Of a DNA stretch of 64,000 nt, positions 1 to 13,690 are shown piece after piece. Position numbers and translations under genes: made by a program. The notes beneath the pieces were generated by a model, which was given only the letters and a program-made list of their open reading frames with translations, searched no databases and had not been told where the DNA came from. This stretch comes from Podarcis melisellensis (taxonomy: Eukaryota): NCBI GenBank assembly GCA_964234715.1, contig OZ174275.1; one strand, written 5' to 3'. Position 1 is the first letter of the stretch; the number at the start of each line of letters is the position of its first letter.

Positions 1-3000
1 TTAAAAAGTAACACTTTATTTTAAGCACGATAAGGTTTGCAATTTGTATGGGTGTCAAATTTCCATTTTTTAAAAAAAATAAATCTTTAGATTTTCAAAC
101 GTAACATAATCAAAAAGTAAAATATTGACATACCAAACTATCATATATTAACGGCCTCAGTAACACGTATCACACATCTAAATTAACTTCAAGGGGGGAA
201 CTTTAAAACAGTTTTTAAATATAGCTGTGTTAGAAACTTTTCCATATGCTACCACAAAGGCCTAATCTGAAATGGGTCACCATTTAACAAGACTTATGAA
301 AGCTTCTTTCAGTTCAGTTGAGCTGTAAGGTCCAAGTGGCTCTGCAAGATACCATGGGTGTTCAGGGGGCGGTGGATGTTGGTCTTTGTCTTTTCTGCTG
401 GTTTCACTTAAGTGCCCACACGTAATAGAGATTTCACTGAGTGTAGGAACAAGGGACAGAAAGGTCACCTTCTGGAGGAGTTCTTCTGAACAGTTGGTAA
501 TAAGGGTTGAGCAGTTTGGGGATAGGAGCATGACAGGCTGCTGTGCTTGAGACTAAATAGAACTCTCAAAAGTACCTTGTAGTTTGGGATGTCATGCTTG
601 TGACAGTTATTAATAGGGATGGAAGTTGTAAGATAGCTATTTAAAAATCTACGTTCTAACCCAGGGTGACTGCTTTTAGGAGCTCTGAGGCTGGATCATG
701 AGTGACATAATTTGTACTCTATTGGAGGAGATGTCAGTAATGAGCTTGGTTTTCTAACACACCATGTTAAATAATCTTTCTTGTATGGGCATATCAGTGC
801 TGTTTTTGTTTACCTCCATTTAGTTTTTGGTTTTTTAGAGCGTCCCTTGCTGGGATTCTTGCTTCCTATGTTTATTGCTGTTTTATTATGATGGTGGTTT
901 GATGCATTTTGTGGTTTTGTATTGGGTTGTTTGGTATTTTATGGTGCCTTGAATTCTCAAAAAAAAAAGCAAAAAAAAAAGCAGGATATGAGGTTTTTTT
1001 AAAAAAACGTTGGCCCTAATATAGGTGTCAATCACAGAAAAATCAAAGGGTGATTCAAGCTACTTCATAGGTACCAACCAGCACCCATAGTGATCTCCCT
1101 ATTTGCTATAGATGGGTGTTGGTTGGCACCCATGGATCATTTACAACGTATCTGCTTGGAAAGAGAGGACCAGGTGAACTAATTATTTGTCCTGATCCCT
1201 AACAATTTATATATTCAGGAGGCATTGACCCAAACAAGATGGTGGAAGCATGCTCAGAACTACCCAAGATGGTTTCATGCTTTTGATTATGTGGTTGAGG
1301 TTTCTGGTAAATAGGAATAACTGGGGGGGGGGGAGGGCAGAATTCCATCCCTCTCATCTGCTGCACAAATTAAAGCCACATGCTATGGCCACACAGCAAG
1401 GTTTGTTACACTCGTCCCTCCTTGCCCCTTACGTATGAATCTGACATGCACCATGTTCACCCTGTAGCCTTCCCAAACCATAGGAATTATTGCAAATCCT
1501 ATTTAAATTCCCTCACCTGCCCAGACAAAATGCTATTTGGGCCAAATTAAAGAACATCCCTCTGGTCACAAAGATGACACCAAACAGTGTGGAGCACAGG
1601 TGAAAAAGAGGAGACCCAGGGCCAATGAGGAGCTCTCCTCCAAATTCCTACTCAGCCCCCCTCCAAAAGGGTGAATAGCAATGCCCACCCTGCAAAGGGT
1701 GGGATGGCGGGTGCCAACCAAAGGAAAGTGGGGGCAGGGCAGAGCTGGCTTAAGTAGCCTGCTCTCTGCCTCTTCCCTATTGGACAATGCAGGCCATGCG
1801 TTTGTCTCCCCCAGCCAAACCATCTCTCCTGTTCTTCCAGCACCATTATACCAACTCCTGCCACACTATCAGTTGTCAGTGGGAGAGTGGTATAAAGAAA
1901 GGGATCTACAGGTAACTCTTTGGCAATCTCTTCAAGGGTTACTCACTTGGTATCAATTGTGTGAAACAAATATTTTCTTTTTTAAAAAATCGTGATTATT
2001 GTACACAAATAGCTGTTCCAGAGGGCTGTTCCAGCAGTGTTCTGCTTATGGCTTTAACAAGTAATGCATTGGACCCCCAAAACAGCATGTTTACTGAATC
2101 TCTGTTCAGAAAAAGATCACCTCTTAGGAAGCATTATATCTTCAGCTGAATTATTACAAATGTAATTTGATGCAATTATACTTTCAAATTATACTATATA
2201 CCCCCATTGTGTTTGCTTTGTATATTTACATGAACTAGGCTAAGGATGAGTTTATTATTGGGTTTCAGAACAGTAATTATAACGTAGTTATTTCATCCAA
2301 CTTCTAATGAAGCTTACAGTCAGGCACAGCCGATGGAACATTAACACCAGAGTGCAAACACTCCTTAAAGCAATCCACAGGAAAGGATCAATCAGTGTAA
2401 AAAGTCACAGCCTTCGCGCAGTATCGCTGTGCTCTGATAGTCTCTAAAAATGAATTCTTAAGGATCATTTAACAAGGACTGTTTATCACTTAATATACAG
2501 TAACCATTCTGAATACACAATCATGGCAGTTAAAAAGACGGTGGAAGAAAGTTGCATTTTAATTATTATTTTTACCTTTTTACCACTATAGAGTGGTAGT
2601 GAACAGAGAACCAGGGTGAAATTACCCTGGGGCCCTCCAGATGGGTGTTTTATTACAGGTGTCTGCTCCTTGACACCCTAATGGTGCATTAGTGATGGAT
2701 TTCTTCTGCTTTAGTTTGTTCTATGATGCTTTCCCAATGCTACCAAATTGGTGGCACTCAGGCATGGGGTTTGTTGCATTAGTTTTTCTGGTTATATTGC
2801 TAGTACTTCTGTCTGGACTTGGAACATTCCAAGTGTTTCTGAACTACAATTTCCATTAGCCCCAGCATAGCAAATAGTGAAAAATAATAGGAAGCAGATT
2901 CCAGCAATATCTGGAGGGTATCCGGGTGGCTACCCCTGCATTATAGCCTGCCTATCCAACACCTAGAGCTACAGACAGACACAAAAAACTAAATTAGTTT

Positions 3001-3620
3001 CTCTGCAATCTCCTTTTCCTCCTTTAGCACACCTTTCCTTTCAGTCCCTTGTCATCTAAAGGTTCAACCTACTTCCTAGTCAGTTTTCTGCTTCTGGTTT
3101 ATTTAAATACTTTTTGTTATTATTGTAATTGGTCTTAATGCTTTTAGCAATATGTTCCTTGTCTTGAATTACCCCCCTCACTGATCCCTCATTGTCCACT
3201 TGCATTTCTTTCGTCCACTTGCATTTCTTTCGTGTTCCTTTTTGTCCTCCACATTTGGACAAGATTTCCATTTTCCGAAAAAAGCCTTCTTGCCTCCAGA
3301 TGCTTCCTTGATTCTGCTCCTTAATGACATCCTGTTAGACCTTTCTGCTCTGTTGTATCTGTTCTCTTTTTCTGTTGTGGTTTTAATAAGCCCTAAGCAT
3401 TCTGGTGAGATTTGACCCTCCTGACTTTTCCGGGAGTATGTCCTACTGAATTCAGTGGGACACCACACCTCTGAGTAGACATACTAGAATGGTGCTCTTA
3501 AATCTGTGTTAGAATATGGAAGAAACACTGAAGCAGCTTCAAAACAAATGGAAGCAGTAACAATTGGTGGCAAGTATCTATTATTTGCCATTTCTGACCA
3601 GAAAGCATTGCTGTGTCTGT

Positions 3621-3749
3621 CATGGGTGTAGCCAGGATTTTTGTGGGGGGCATGCCTTTTATTGTGGGGCCAGAACCTCAGTCAGCTTTGTATTTATTTA
3701 TTTATTGGGGGGCAGCTGTCCCTCCCTGCCTCCCTTGGCTACACCCATG
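3621..3749. mobile_element. 129-bp hAT-type MITE
   Basis: Perfect 14-bp TIR catgggtgtagcca / tggctacacccatg; 8-bp TSD gtgtctgt / gtgtcagt (7 of 8 match). Confidence 0.85.
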
Positions 3750-3753
3750 GTGT

Positions 3754-3890
3754 CAGTGGTGGGAAACCTGTGGCCTTCCAGATGTTATTGGACCTCAACT
3801 CCCATAATGTCTGACCATTGGCCATGCTAGCTAGGGCTGGGTTTTTTTTTGATTCCAACAACATTGGGGGGCAGCACAGGTTTTCCACTG
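3754..3890. mobile_element. About 140-bp hAT-like palindromic MITE; relatives at about 2820-2938, 5555-5671, 24300-24428 and 38210-38337
   Basis: Shared core ccagatgtt...ggact.caactcccat.at..ctgaccattggccatgct and inverted ends cagtggtgggaaacctgtg / cacaggttttccactg. Confidence 0.7.
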
Positions 3891-5178
3891 CTACACTATT
3901 TGCTTCAGATAGCATGTATATATTACCTGTATATACTTTGAAAGGAATGCCTCATTGCTTTGCCTATCACAACCTAAGCAGAAACTCTTTTAGCACGCTC
4001 TTATTGAAGACATTAAGCTGTGGGGCATCTCCATACTTGATTAAATGGGGAGACAGAAATGGCCATTTCACTTTGCTGGTAAATTGTTTTGTCCAGCTTT
4101 GACACAATAATTTGCTTAATTTCTTAATGCGCTTCTACAGTTCAGACTGCGCTCCCAGCTTTTAAGTGCCATCATTAAATTCTCATTTCAAATCAATGTA
4201 CTAGTTGCACATTGCTGGGCAAACAAAGTATTTAAAGAGTTTTCCCCATAATGCAAAGTAATTGGTGGATCCTCAGCAAGGCCCATGAAGTTGCAGTTGT
4301 CTTTGCCAGTAGAAGGCCAGCAAAAGGAGGGGGAGTCTAGAAAAGACTCATTTGCTGCCAGTATCACAGTGTTTGGCCTGGACGTCAGCTGCCCTTTACA
4401 GAAAGAGCCTGAATAAAGCAGCAGCACAAAACACAGCTGACAAGGCCCAGCAGCTGAACAAATGGACAAGTATGTACGGTAATTTAGCTCAGCCTTCCTT
4501 TTGGGGTGGGTGTGCTTAATTAATGAGGGTGGTACAAAAGGGTGGTAATGAGTAATGAGTGCTGAGTGTCTGTGAGGTCAGTTAAAGATCATTTTTGTGC
4601 ACACAATGGCTTCATTTTCGACTAAATCTTTCAGCCTATGATAAAAGAGCTTACCTTGAGAGAGTTCAAGGAATTGAAAGCAGAACAGGGTTTTTTTGGG
4701 GAGGGGAGGGGTATTCAAAAACATAAGAAAAGAAAAGAGGGGGGATTGATACCAAATGGGACAATGAAAAGATACAAAGCAAAGAGAGATAATCTGTTGG
4801 GTGCTTGTGAAGAGCAAATGGGAAAGTATGGTGACGTGAGATACAAAATTATACAATAAACACCTGGTCTTCAATAGATGAGCCATATTCCACAACTGAA
4901 TCACATTGTAATGTAAAGTCATACCATTCATACCAACCTTTTTTGTCTCTCTGTTTACAGATTTTTAAGAGAAGGGAAGTTAAAAGTAGTTCTCAGGATT
5001 AAATTTTTTTAAGACTACCACAATAAAAACATCAAGTTAAAGGAGTGAGCATAATAAAAATGTTTTGAAATTTTTGCTCCCTATTTTTCTTGATTTGTTA
5101 TTTTCTTTCTTATAATTATTGTCTATGTCCCCCCCCCTTTGTCAGAGATGTCGTTGTTTTGAAGGGACCAAGGCAAAC

Positions 5179-5310
5179 TCATAGAATTGTAGAAATGTAG
5201 AGTTGGGAGTGACCTGAAGGGTCATCTGGCCCAACCCCCTGCAATGCGGGAATCTAAACTAAAGCATCCATGTCAGATGGCCATCCAGCCTCAGAGATGG
5301 CCATCCAAAT
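5179..5310 (-). mobile_element. CR1 LINE extreme 3' tail; similar tails at about 10885-11080(+) and 48672-48757(+)
   Basis: Reverse complement ends gcattgcagggggttgggccagatgacc...ccaactctaca...attctatga. Confidence 0.7.
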
Positions 5311-5893
5311 GGTCTCAGAGCTGCAAAAAGGAAACCAGGTTCCAGACTGACCTCATCACTTCATATTATTATTGTGCACAAAATACCCAACAAAGGGAGG
5401 CTATTTTAGTTCCCTGCTGTGGTGAATGTTTCCATCTGGTTAGGTATTCATGTGCACTCATTTTCAGTCAGAGCACGTGATAAGGATAGACTCCACTCAA
5501 GATCTGAAACAAGGTTTGCCACATGAAGACAGCAATATAGTCGCTGTTATGGTTATTCTGGCCATTTTTGGACTACACTTCCCATCATTCCTGATCATTG
5601 GCAGTGATGACTGGGACTGATAGGTGCTGTAAATCAATAGCACCTGGAGGGGCACAGATTCCCTACCCCTGTGTTATGAAATCACACTGTTTATGTAATG
5701 GAATATTAAAGATCGCAGCTGCATAAGCATTTTTCTATGCTGGGAAGAAAGGTGAGAGCAGCATAATAATTCAAAGCAATTCCAATTCATTTCAAATGCA
5801 ACATGCAAGTAACCGTGATTTGTTCACGCTGGACCATTGTGCTCAACAAGGTGTCATAGACCTCTGCTGAATATTCACGGGAATTAAGTTTTT

Positions 5894-5912
5894 TGACCAC
5901 TAGAGGGCTTCC
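5894..5912 (+). promoter_or_regulatory. CTCF-like motif
   Basis: tgaCCACTAGAGGGCttcc fits the first 12 positions of the CTCF core. Confidence 0.3.
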
Positions 5913-6128
5913 ATATTTTTATTTAAAGCAATAGAAACACAACATGGGGCATAAGTGTAAATCTATAAGATGACTGTATGCAGACATACAGGATCTACAT
6001 TATCGAAGAAATATATATTTCAGTGACTAACATAGCAGAACTTTTAAATTCTTGCAGCAAAACATTTTTGCTTCTGCCTTCATCAGTTGCTCTGATTAAA
6101 ATGTTGCTGTTTCCAAGGTGGCAGTTAC

Positions 6129-6129
<1 letters not shown>

Positions 6130-6168
<39 letters not shown>
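6130..6168. repeat. (TG)n microsatellite
   Basis: Direct reading. Confidence 0.98.
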
Positions 6169-6169
<1 letters not shown>

Positions 6170-6717
6170 AACATTCTCTCTATCATTATGTTGCCAGTTT
6201 CTTGCAAATGAAACAGCAGCTATAAACATCTAATATGTGAATCCTAATGGGAAAGCTAGCAAAAAATCAGAACAAAGTTGTCAGAGCAAATAGTTTACAA
6301 AATTTAACATTGTACATGAAATTTAAATAGCAATACATAGGATAGTATGTATCATCAAGTCTCAGTAGCATATCATCAAGTCTCAGGAGTTCCACAGGTC
6401 TGGGTATAAATTACTCAGGTTTGAATAGAAATTCATCTCTTGCTTTGGATGCATGGCATTTTAGCTTTGTTCCACCCTTCATCATTGCAGACATTTATTT
6501 CATTTTTTAAGACCTGGATCTGACAGAAGATCATGATTGCAATAAAAATCTAGGCTGAGTTTCAAATTGGTAAGAGGCAGCACACTTCATACTACACAGT
6601 GTAGAAGTCCTGAAATATAGATAGCTTCTTATCTTCCACATGCCCCAAGCTCAGTCCACAACAGCCATAGTGTGCTTACAGCCTAAATGTGTTTAATTTG
6701 CTCAAATTGAAGGTTGG

Positions 6718-6718
6718 G

Positions 6719-6744
<26 letters not shown>
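6718..6744. repeat. (GA)n microsatellite
   Basis: Direct reading. Confidence 0.97.
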
Positions 6745-6749
<5 letters not shown>

Positions 6750-8071
6750 AGATTATAGTGCCATTCTAACGGATATGATGCTAACTGAAGGTCTGGGATG
6801 TGGGAGTATAAGAAGTTAATTGGTAGCTCTTAACATAAGCTCTTGCTTATTAGACCCCCACCTGATCTATACATAAGGGAAAGGGCATCTGAGGTTTAAT
6901 TGGGTGAAAGGAGAAGGAATGTGCAAGGACATCTTATGTTTGGTTCTGAATGCTTGATTACAGCCTGTCTTAAAAGATTTAAGAAGAACTGCATCCCAGT
7001 GGATTTTGTTGGCTTCCTAGCTTTGTGTATCTCCATTTTCTTTTTAATGGACCTAAAGGGGTTTAATAACTTGATCTCATAAAATTCTGGGGGTGGCTGA
7101 AGATTGTTTAGCTGGGCAGGTACAGAAGCTGACCTGGCTGCTACATATTACATCAGAACTGGTGATGGGACATGACCTCTTCAGAACTTGTGGGCAGGAG
7201 GCTAGCTCATGCGATCTCACAGCAGACACTACTCTATCTTTACTACTGCTTCTGACATCACAGAATTTGCGGCCTGAGGCAGCTGCCTCATTCTGCCTAA
7301 ACGGTGGGGCTGGACTTGACAAAACTGATGTCCTGAGGAAGCTGTCCTGCTTCACGTATGTTACTATTATTGTTTGATGTGAGAGGAAAACCATATTGCA
7401 GATGCCTTTGGTCCATGCTAGAATTACAGAATACTTTGCTATGATATTTCAGGGACAGAATGGATCTTGCAAATGCTCTGTTGAGCAAAGTGCTGAAATG
7501 CTGTAAGCATAGAAAAGGTACAATAGGCAGTTTTTCAGGCAGTGTGAGAATGGCCTTCCATGCAGCCTAGTATTGCTTATTATGAGGCTATAGGGTGGGA
7601 GGGATGCACAATGGATGTTTACAGACCAGTTTCACAACTGTACCTTTAAAAGGGAAGGAATCTTAGAAACTATTTTTAGCTGCTGCCAGCTTCATTATAT
7701 TTTAAACTGAAAGACAGATGAATTGCCTTGAGAATACAGCAAGAGGTTTCTTGGAAGCAAAGCTCAAATGGCCACATTATTCATGGCCCAAAAACTATAG
7801 CTGGTGAATCCAGAATTGCCATGAACCTGCCCCAGGGGCTTGTGGTGTATACTGTGTCAAAGACCAAATGAGGCAGCTAACAGCTTTTTGCTCAGAGAAG
7901 AGGCAGAGCTAGCAGGCTGGATCCAGACTTAGGTTGCAATTGTATTCTCAGTTACCTGGGAGTAAACCCCTCTGAAATCAGTGGAACTTACTTCTGAGTT
8001 TATGTTGTTAGGAATCCAGCTTTAGTCATGCTTAGGGTAGACACATTGAAATGAACTGGGCAAGTAATGAT

Positions 8072-8505
8072 TAGGAATGGGCAAATATGTTAGTTCTTTG
8101 AACTTCTCGTCCCCCCGCCCCAATCTTCAGTTCATTCCTCCACATTTCCTCATCAGTTTGAAATGCTTTCTCATAAAAATTCTTGTGTTTTACTGTGAAT
8201 TCCTCCTAATATTCACATTTTTGTATGCAGTTTTGCCCAACAAACATAAATTTTCAAAGAAATTCCCCCCTATACAATACATCTTTTAAATGTTATTTTC
8301 TCCAATATATGCATTCTTATTCAAACTTTGTCCTAATGTATACATTTTTGCACACAGGAAATCTCTGGAGAACTGGACTGCATAATTTGAAGAAGTGCAA
8401 ATTTTTCAAAGGGTGGCTGTGTTTTGGTTCCCGTATTATTTCAGGTTGTGCAAATAAGGTAGGCTCTCTTTCAATGTGAACTGAATTGTATTTTCCCTAT
8501 CCCTA
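8072..8505. mobile_element. hAT-like MITE with TAGG...CCCTA ends, nested in a palindromic MITE
   Basis: Ends taggaatggg / cctatcccta; duplicated flank taatgat at 8065-8071 and 8506-8512. Host halves catgcttagggtagacacattgaaat and atttcagtgggtctaccttaagcatg are near reverse complements. Confidence 0.7.
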
Positions 8506-8578
8506 TAATGATTAGGTCCCATTGATTTCAGTGGGTCTACCTTAAGCATGGTGATGTCTGGTTCCAATAGAATAGGTA

Positions 8579-9137
8579 CCGTATTTTTCTCCCTATAGGA
8601 CGCACTTTCCCCCCTCCAAAAATGAAAGGGAAATGTGTGTGTGTCCTATGGGGGGAATGCAGGCTTTCGCTGAGGCCTGGAGAGTGAGAGGGGTCGGTGC
8701 GCACTGACCCCTCTTGCTCTCCAGGCTTCAGGAAGCTCCGCGCAGCCCTCCGGAGCCCAGCGCGAAGTCGCACTGGGCTCCTGACGGCTGCGCAGAGGTG
8801 CCTGCAGCCCCAGGCTTTGCCCAGCTCCGCGCAGCCCTCCGGAGCCCAGCGCGAAGTCGCACCAGGCTCCCGATGGCTGCGCGGAGATGCCTGCATTCCG
8901 AAGCCTGGGACACGCTGAAGAGTGCGCCTGGGCTTCGCGCACCTCTCCGCAAGCCTGGGGAGACTGGTGCGACTTCGCGCCGGGCTCCCTAGGCTTGTGG
9001 ATAGCAGACTGTTCTGGAGGCTGGGGTCGGGGGAAGCTCGGGCCTGGGGGGAAAATAATTTTTTTTCTTTATTTCCCCCCCAAAAAAACCTAGGTGCATC
9101 CTATGGGGTGGTGCGCCCTATGGGGCGAAAAATACGG
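8579..9137. mobile_element. Non-autonomous Tc1/mariner-superfamily (pogo/Tc2-like) element with an internal GC-rich 89-bp repeat
   Basis: TIRs ccgtatttttctccctataggacgcac / gtgcgccctatggggcgaaaaatacgg; TA at 8577-8578 and 9138-9139. Confidence 0.88.
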
Positions 9138-12100
9138 TAATATCCGAGTAAGTAATACATTGACTATCACCCAATGTTTTTAATAAGGCTGGAAATCGTG
9201 GCACTTTTTATTTTAATCAAGCAGTCTACCTAGTACCAAACATTGAGTTAAGTTATTAAATAACTCATACAACATGAAGTGAATAGGTAAACTGTGTCAG
9301 TTAATGCTGCACATCACACCAATCTCAGAATGACGCGATGTTTCAGGGACATACCCAGGGTTTACGTTTCCTTTGAGAATGAGGCAGAGCAGAGACTGTG
9401 GTGTCTTAATGATATATGGCTTACACATATATACAACCTGAGTCTGCAATGGCGGGATTCACAGCATTAACACCCCAAGAGGGTCTTGCTTCTCCCATGG
9501 CTACAGCTTTGGATTCAAATGGAAATCAAACATTGCTCTCAAATGTTGCTTTGACTCTCTCTCCAGATTGCTGCTTTACCTCTAGGTCACATCACTGTAA
9601 ACACTCAACTCTCACCTTTCTCTTTTTCTAACTACCAGCCAGTTGAAGGTGATGGTGGTACCAGCTGTCTCACCCAGATCCACTTCCTTTGTTCCCTTAA
9701 TGGCCCACCACCCAGGCCATCACCTCAACAGGAAGCTAGCCTGGCTATTCCAAGAATTAGAAGAGGGGGCATTAGAAGGGTCTTGGCCTACAGCCTACAG
9801 CCTACTCCCACTACCCAAACTCATAACAATAATCAATCAAATAAGCTACTGATAGAGCCAGCAAAGTAAACCAGTCCCAACATGTTTTGGCTTGTAACTA
9901 TTACTCATAGCATGTTAAGACTCTTCTGTTGTCTCCTTCATCTGTGTTTTGTTACACCAAATTCTTTCCCAGGTGCCTTCAGGTTCACTGACCCAGTTTT
10001 CTCAATAATAACTAATAGACCCTGTTCAATGTGGCTTCTTCTTTGATGCAAGCAGCACCTTGAATTAAGGCTGTGAGAGAAGAGATGAAAGGTCAACAAA
10101 GGTTGCTCCTGATTTGTTCCATGCCAGTTTGTCCCTGTGGTCCAGTAGAAGCTAATGTCTTTGTTTCCCCTTTGCTCACTCACTAAGACAACGGAGCAAC
10201 AGAGCACTTGTGAAGAAGAGATGTGCCCACTGTTCTCTGGCCAGCTAGATAGCACTTTGATATTTGGATCAAAAGTCTTGCTTTCAAGGGGACAGAAGTT
10301 ATTTCCCGGGGAGGGGGAGAGAGGAGAGAGAAGCTTAAATGGAGAGAGATTTCACCTATGTCCAATCCTGTGCTGTGCACATTGTCTCCTGTATCTGCTT
10401 TAGCACTATTCTAGCTCATTAATGACAACATTGTAAATAAGATAACAACACAGTGCCATGTAGCTGGCTAGCCAGATTTGGTTGTGTGATGAGACTGGTG
10501 GCAAATAAAGTCCACCATGAATGATTGCAGTGCTTCCTGGATTAGTCCTATGCAGCCAACAGGAAATCATACACGTAGTAGGATGGTGCCACAACTGTTT
10601 GCAATGTCACTGAAGGCAAACAAAGTGCATTCAGACTGAGGGCAATGCTTCCTGAATATGAAACTAGTTTTGATCATTATGGCAGCTGTGGAGAGACAGC
10701 GGACTGGACAAACTGGAAGCAATGCCTGTTTATATAGTATGACTTACTGGTTCGTGTACAGATGATTGCTGCCCACTCCCCTACATGCTTATTCATTTTG
10801 AAGATGCACATGTGGTGGCGGAGCATATTTGCTTTCTGTTTGTGCAGAGTAGGACCCATTCCAACAAGTTCAAATGATAAGAAAGGAGATTTCAGCTAAA
10901 TATTAGGATGGTATGAGCTTTTTAACAGTGAAGCAATTTGTGTCAAAAGGAGATGGAGCTTTTTAAGCAGACCACTGATGACCGCCTCTCGGTGATTTAG
11001 TAGCGGTGGCTTTTCTGCCTAGGTGGGTGCTGGACTAGATGACTTTTGAAGCTCCTTCCAACACTATGCATCTATGATTGCACTGGGAAAGACTCCTTAA
11101 CTACAGCATGCAATTTGTAGCTTATTTCCAAACTGTAAATTGGATGATTTTTATTATTTTTAGTGTCAATCTTATGTTGTATTTATTGTATCCCTTGCAT
11201 ACCTCCAATATATCTCTTTTATCGCTTTAGTTGAAGGGCATTTTAAAAATATAACAAATGAAAAGTAGTCTGTCATAGTTGCTCAGGACTCTTTTTCTTT
11301 TTCTGTTTAGGTTAGGGTCCTTTGGTCACCATCTCCCTTTGCCATAATGCCCTTGTGTGACTTAAATTATCTGCACTTGGACAGCGGAATCCTATCTGTC
11401 TTTTACTAAAAAAACAAACAACCTCCACTGAGTTATGTGACACTTCTAAGAAAAGATGCTTCTGACTATAGCCAGAGAGTATTCATGGTCCATAGCATCT
11501 GTAAAGACAGATAGATAAACATCCTGCACATAAGAGTCATGATATCTTTATAAAACCCTTTGCAAAAATTGACTCTGTTCACAGCTAGGAGTCAGGGACA
11601 TGTCACAACAGCATAGGAATTTGCTGTTATTTCTGTGGCATGTTGTTTTCCTCTGTTCTCTGTTCCCTTCACTCCTGGCTTTTGTACAACACCCAGGTCC
11701 ATGTCTCTGAACATCTGATCAACTGTAGTACTTCTTAGTCACGCACAGTTTCTTATAGAATGGGAAGCTTGCATGACAGTCTGGATAGGTTTGGCTATTC
11801 CTCATGGATGAGCATCCCTCTCTTTTTCCCCTCTGATGCATTGTGAACATAATGTGTCCTGTCCTGCTGCCAATACATCCACAATAGATGGCACCACTTC
11901 TCTGCATACAGATGCACAGGAGTAATTCTCCCCCTGTTGCAATTATTTATTCATTTCTTCTGGATTCTTTTGCCTTCTTGCTCTCTGCCCCCAAGAGAAG
12001 AGATGCATTGGGAATTGGACCTATTGTGATTTCTGAAATGAAATGGCCCGATTTGCACTTCCCAGAGTCATGTGTGGATCAGGTCACAGCTCTCCATGAG

Positions 12101-12177
12101 ATTCTGCACTTTTTCTGAATGTTGCAACATGATTCTTAGAAATAAAAGATAGATATTTAAATAATCCAATGCAGATA

Positions 12178-12399
12178 CAATGGTACCTCAGGTTAAGTAT
12201 TTAATTTAATTTTTTCCGTTCTTAACCTGAAACTGTTCTTAACCTGAAGCACCACTTTAGCTAATGGGGTCTCCCACTGCTGCCGCGCCGCCGGAGCCCG
12301 ATTTCTGTTCTTATCCTAAGCAAAGTTCTTAACCTGAAGCACTATTTCTGAGTTAGCGGAGTCTGTAACCTGAAGTGTATGTAACCTGAGGTACCACTG
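12178..12399. mobile_element. Tigger-like mariner MITE
   Basis: TIRs caatggtacctcaggtta / taacctgaggtaccactg, TA flanks; reverse-oriented homolog of 26764-27005. Confidence 0.85.
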
Positions 12400-13139
12400 T
12401 ATATTTAATTTAAAATCCCAATGCAGATCCAAGTGGAGATGGGAATGGGTTCATGGTGCAAATGTGTGAAAATGACCAGTACTGCAAATAGTATCTGTCT
12501 ATCCCTATTTAATATACAACAGAACTTAATTTAAATCACCTAGACAACTTGAGTTATGATCATCACAGGGACTGCATCCCCATGCCTGGTCCTTCTGGAT
12601 TTTTAAGATCTATGCATTTTGCCTTGCTGTACTGAGTCTACTCCGCAGCTATTGGGTGTGGAGCAGGTGGGCATTGATTGGGGAAACTTGTGGGCTCTCT
12701 TAGGTTTGCATGGTTAGAGGTTGCCCTCTGCTCCTCTACTGAACTTTAACCTGCAAGGGCATGTGGCCAGGCTCTGAGTGGTGCCTAGATAATGAAATCC
12801 CTTTCTTAGTGTTCTGCCCCTTCATTTGCTTTGATTTGGTATCAAGTTAAATGTAAAAATGTATCCTGAGGACCTAGCACTGGGGAGAAGAGTGGCTAAT
12901 GAAAGCACTGTGCTCTAATTTTTTAAAAAATGAAATGAAATGGTACAATTCAAACATTGTACAATTTAAATATTGTTTCAGAAATGAAACTGTTTTCATT
13001 ATGCATGCACGTGAAGGGATGGTGTGTGCCCTGATGTGCATAATAAGCTTCAACATAATCAGTTTTATCATGTACTTGACAAAGTAGGCTTTAGTGTGCA
13101 CAACAGTTTGTGCCATAGAACATTCGAAATGTACTGTGT

Positions 13140-13690
13140 GCATCTTCCCTTTGAGGAAAGGTTGCAGCATTTGGGACTTTTTAGTTTAGAGAAAAGGTGA
13201 GTAAAAGGTGACATGACAGAAGTTTATAAAGTTATGCATGCCATGGAGAAAGTGGCTAGAGAAAGATTCTTCTCCTCCCTCTCATAATGCTAGGACTCGG
13301 GGACATCCAATGAAGCTGAACGTTGGAAGTTTTAGGACATATAAATAAAAGTACGTCTTTACACAGTGCATAGTTTAACTACAGAGTTGGCTCTCACAGG
13401 ACACAGTCATGGCCAGCAATCTAGATGGCTTTAATGACAAATTCAAGGAGAGTTCCATCAGTGGCTACAGGCCATGATGGCTCCACAGTCAGAGCCATGA
13501 TGGCTCCACAGTCAGAGGCAGTAGTGTTTCTGAATGCCAGTTGCAGAGAACCATGGCAGGACAGCGTGCTCTTGTCCTTGGGTCCTGCTTGCATCCTTCC
13601 CACAAGCATCTTTCTGGCCTCTACCAGAACAGGATGCTGGACTAGGTGGACCATTGGCCTGATCCAGCAGGTTTTTCTTAGGTTCTTATG
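13140..13690 (+). mobile_element. CR1 LINE 3' fragment
   Basis: Translates to HLPFEERLQHLGLFSLEKR*VKGDMTEVYKVMHAMEKV...RTRGHPMKLNVG, typical of the CR1 ORF2 C-terminus. Contains a 23-bp tandem duplication at 13471-13516. Confidence 0.85.

Noticed and set aside
1684-1703. 8-bp stem with GCAA tetraloop
   Set aside because: Short enough to arise by chance, with no supporting context.
8537-9140. Cluster of overlapping ORFs
   Set aside because: GC-rich, stop-poor interior of a MITE; no transposase motifs.
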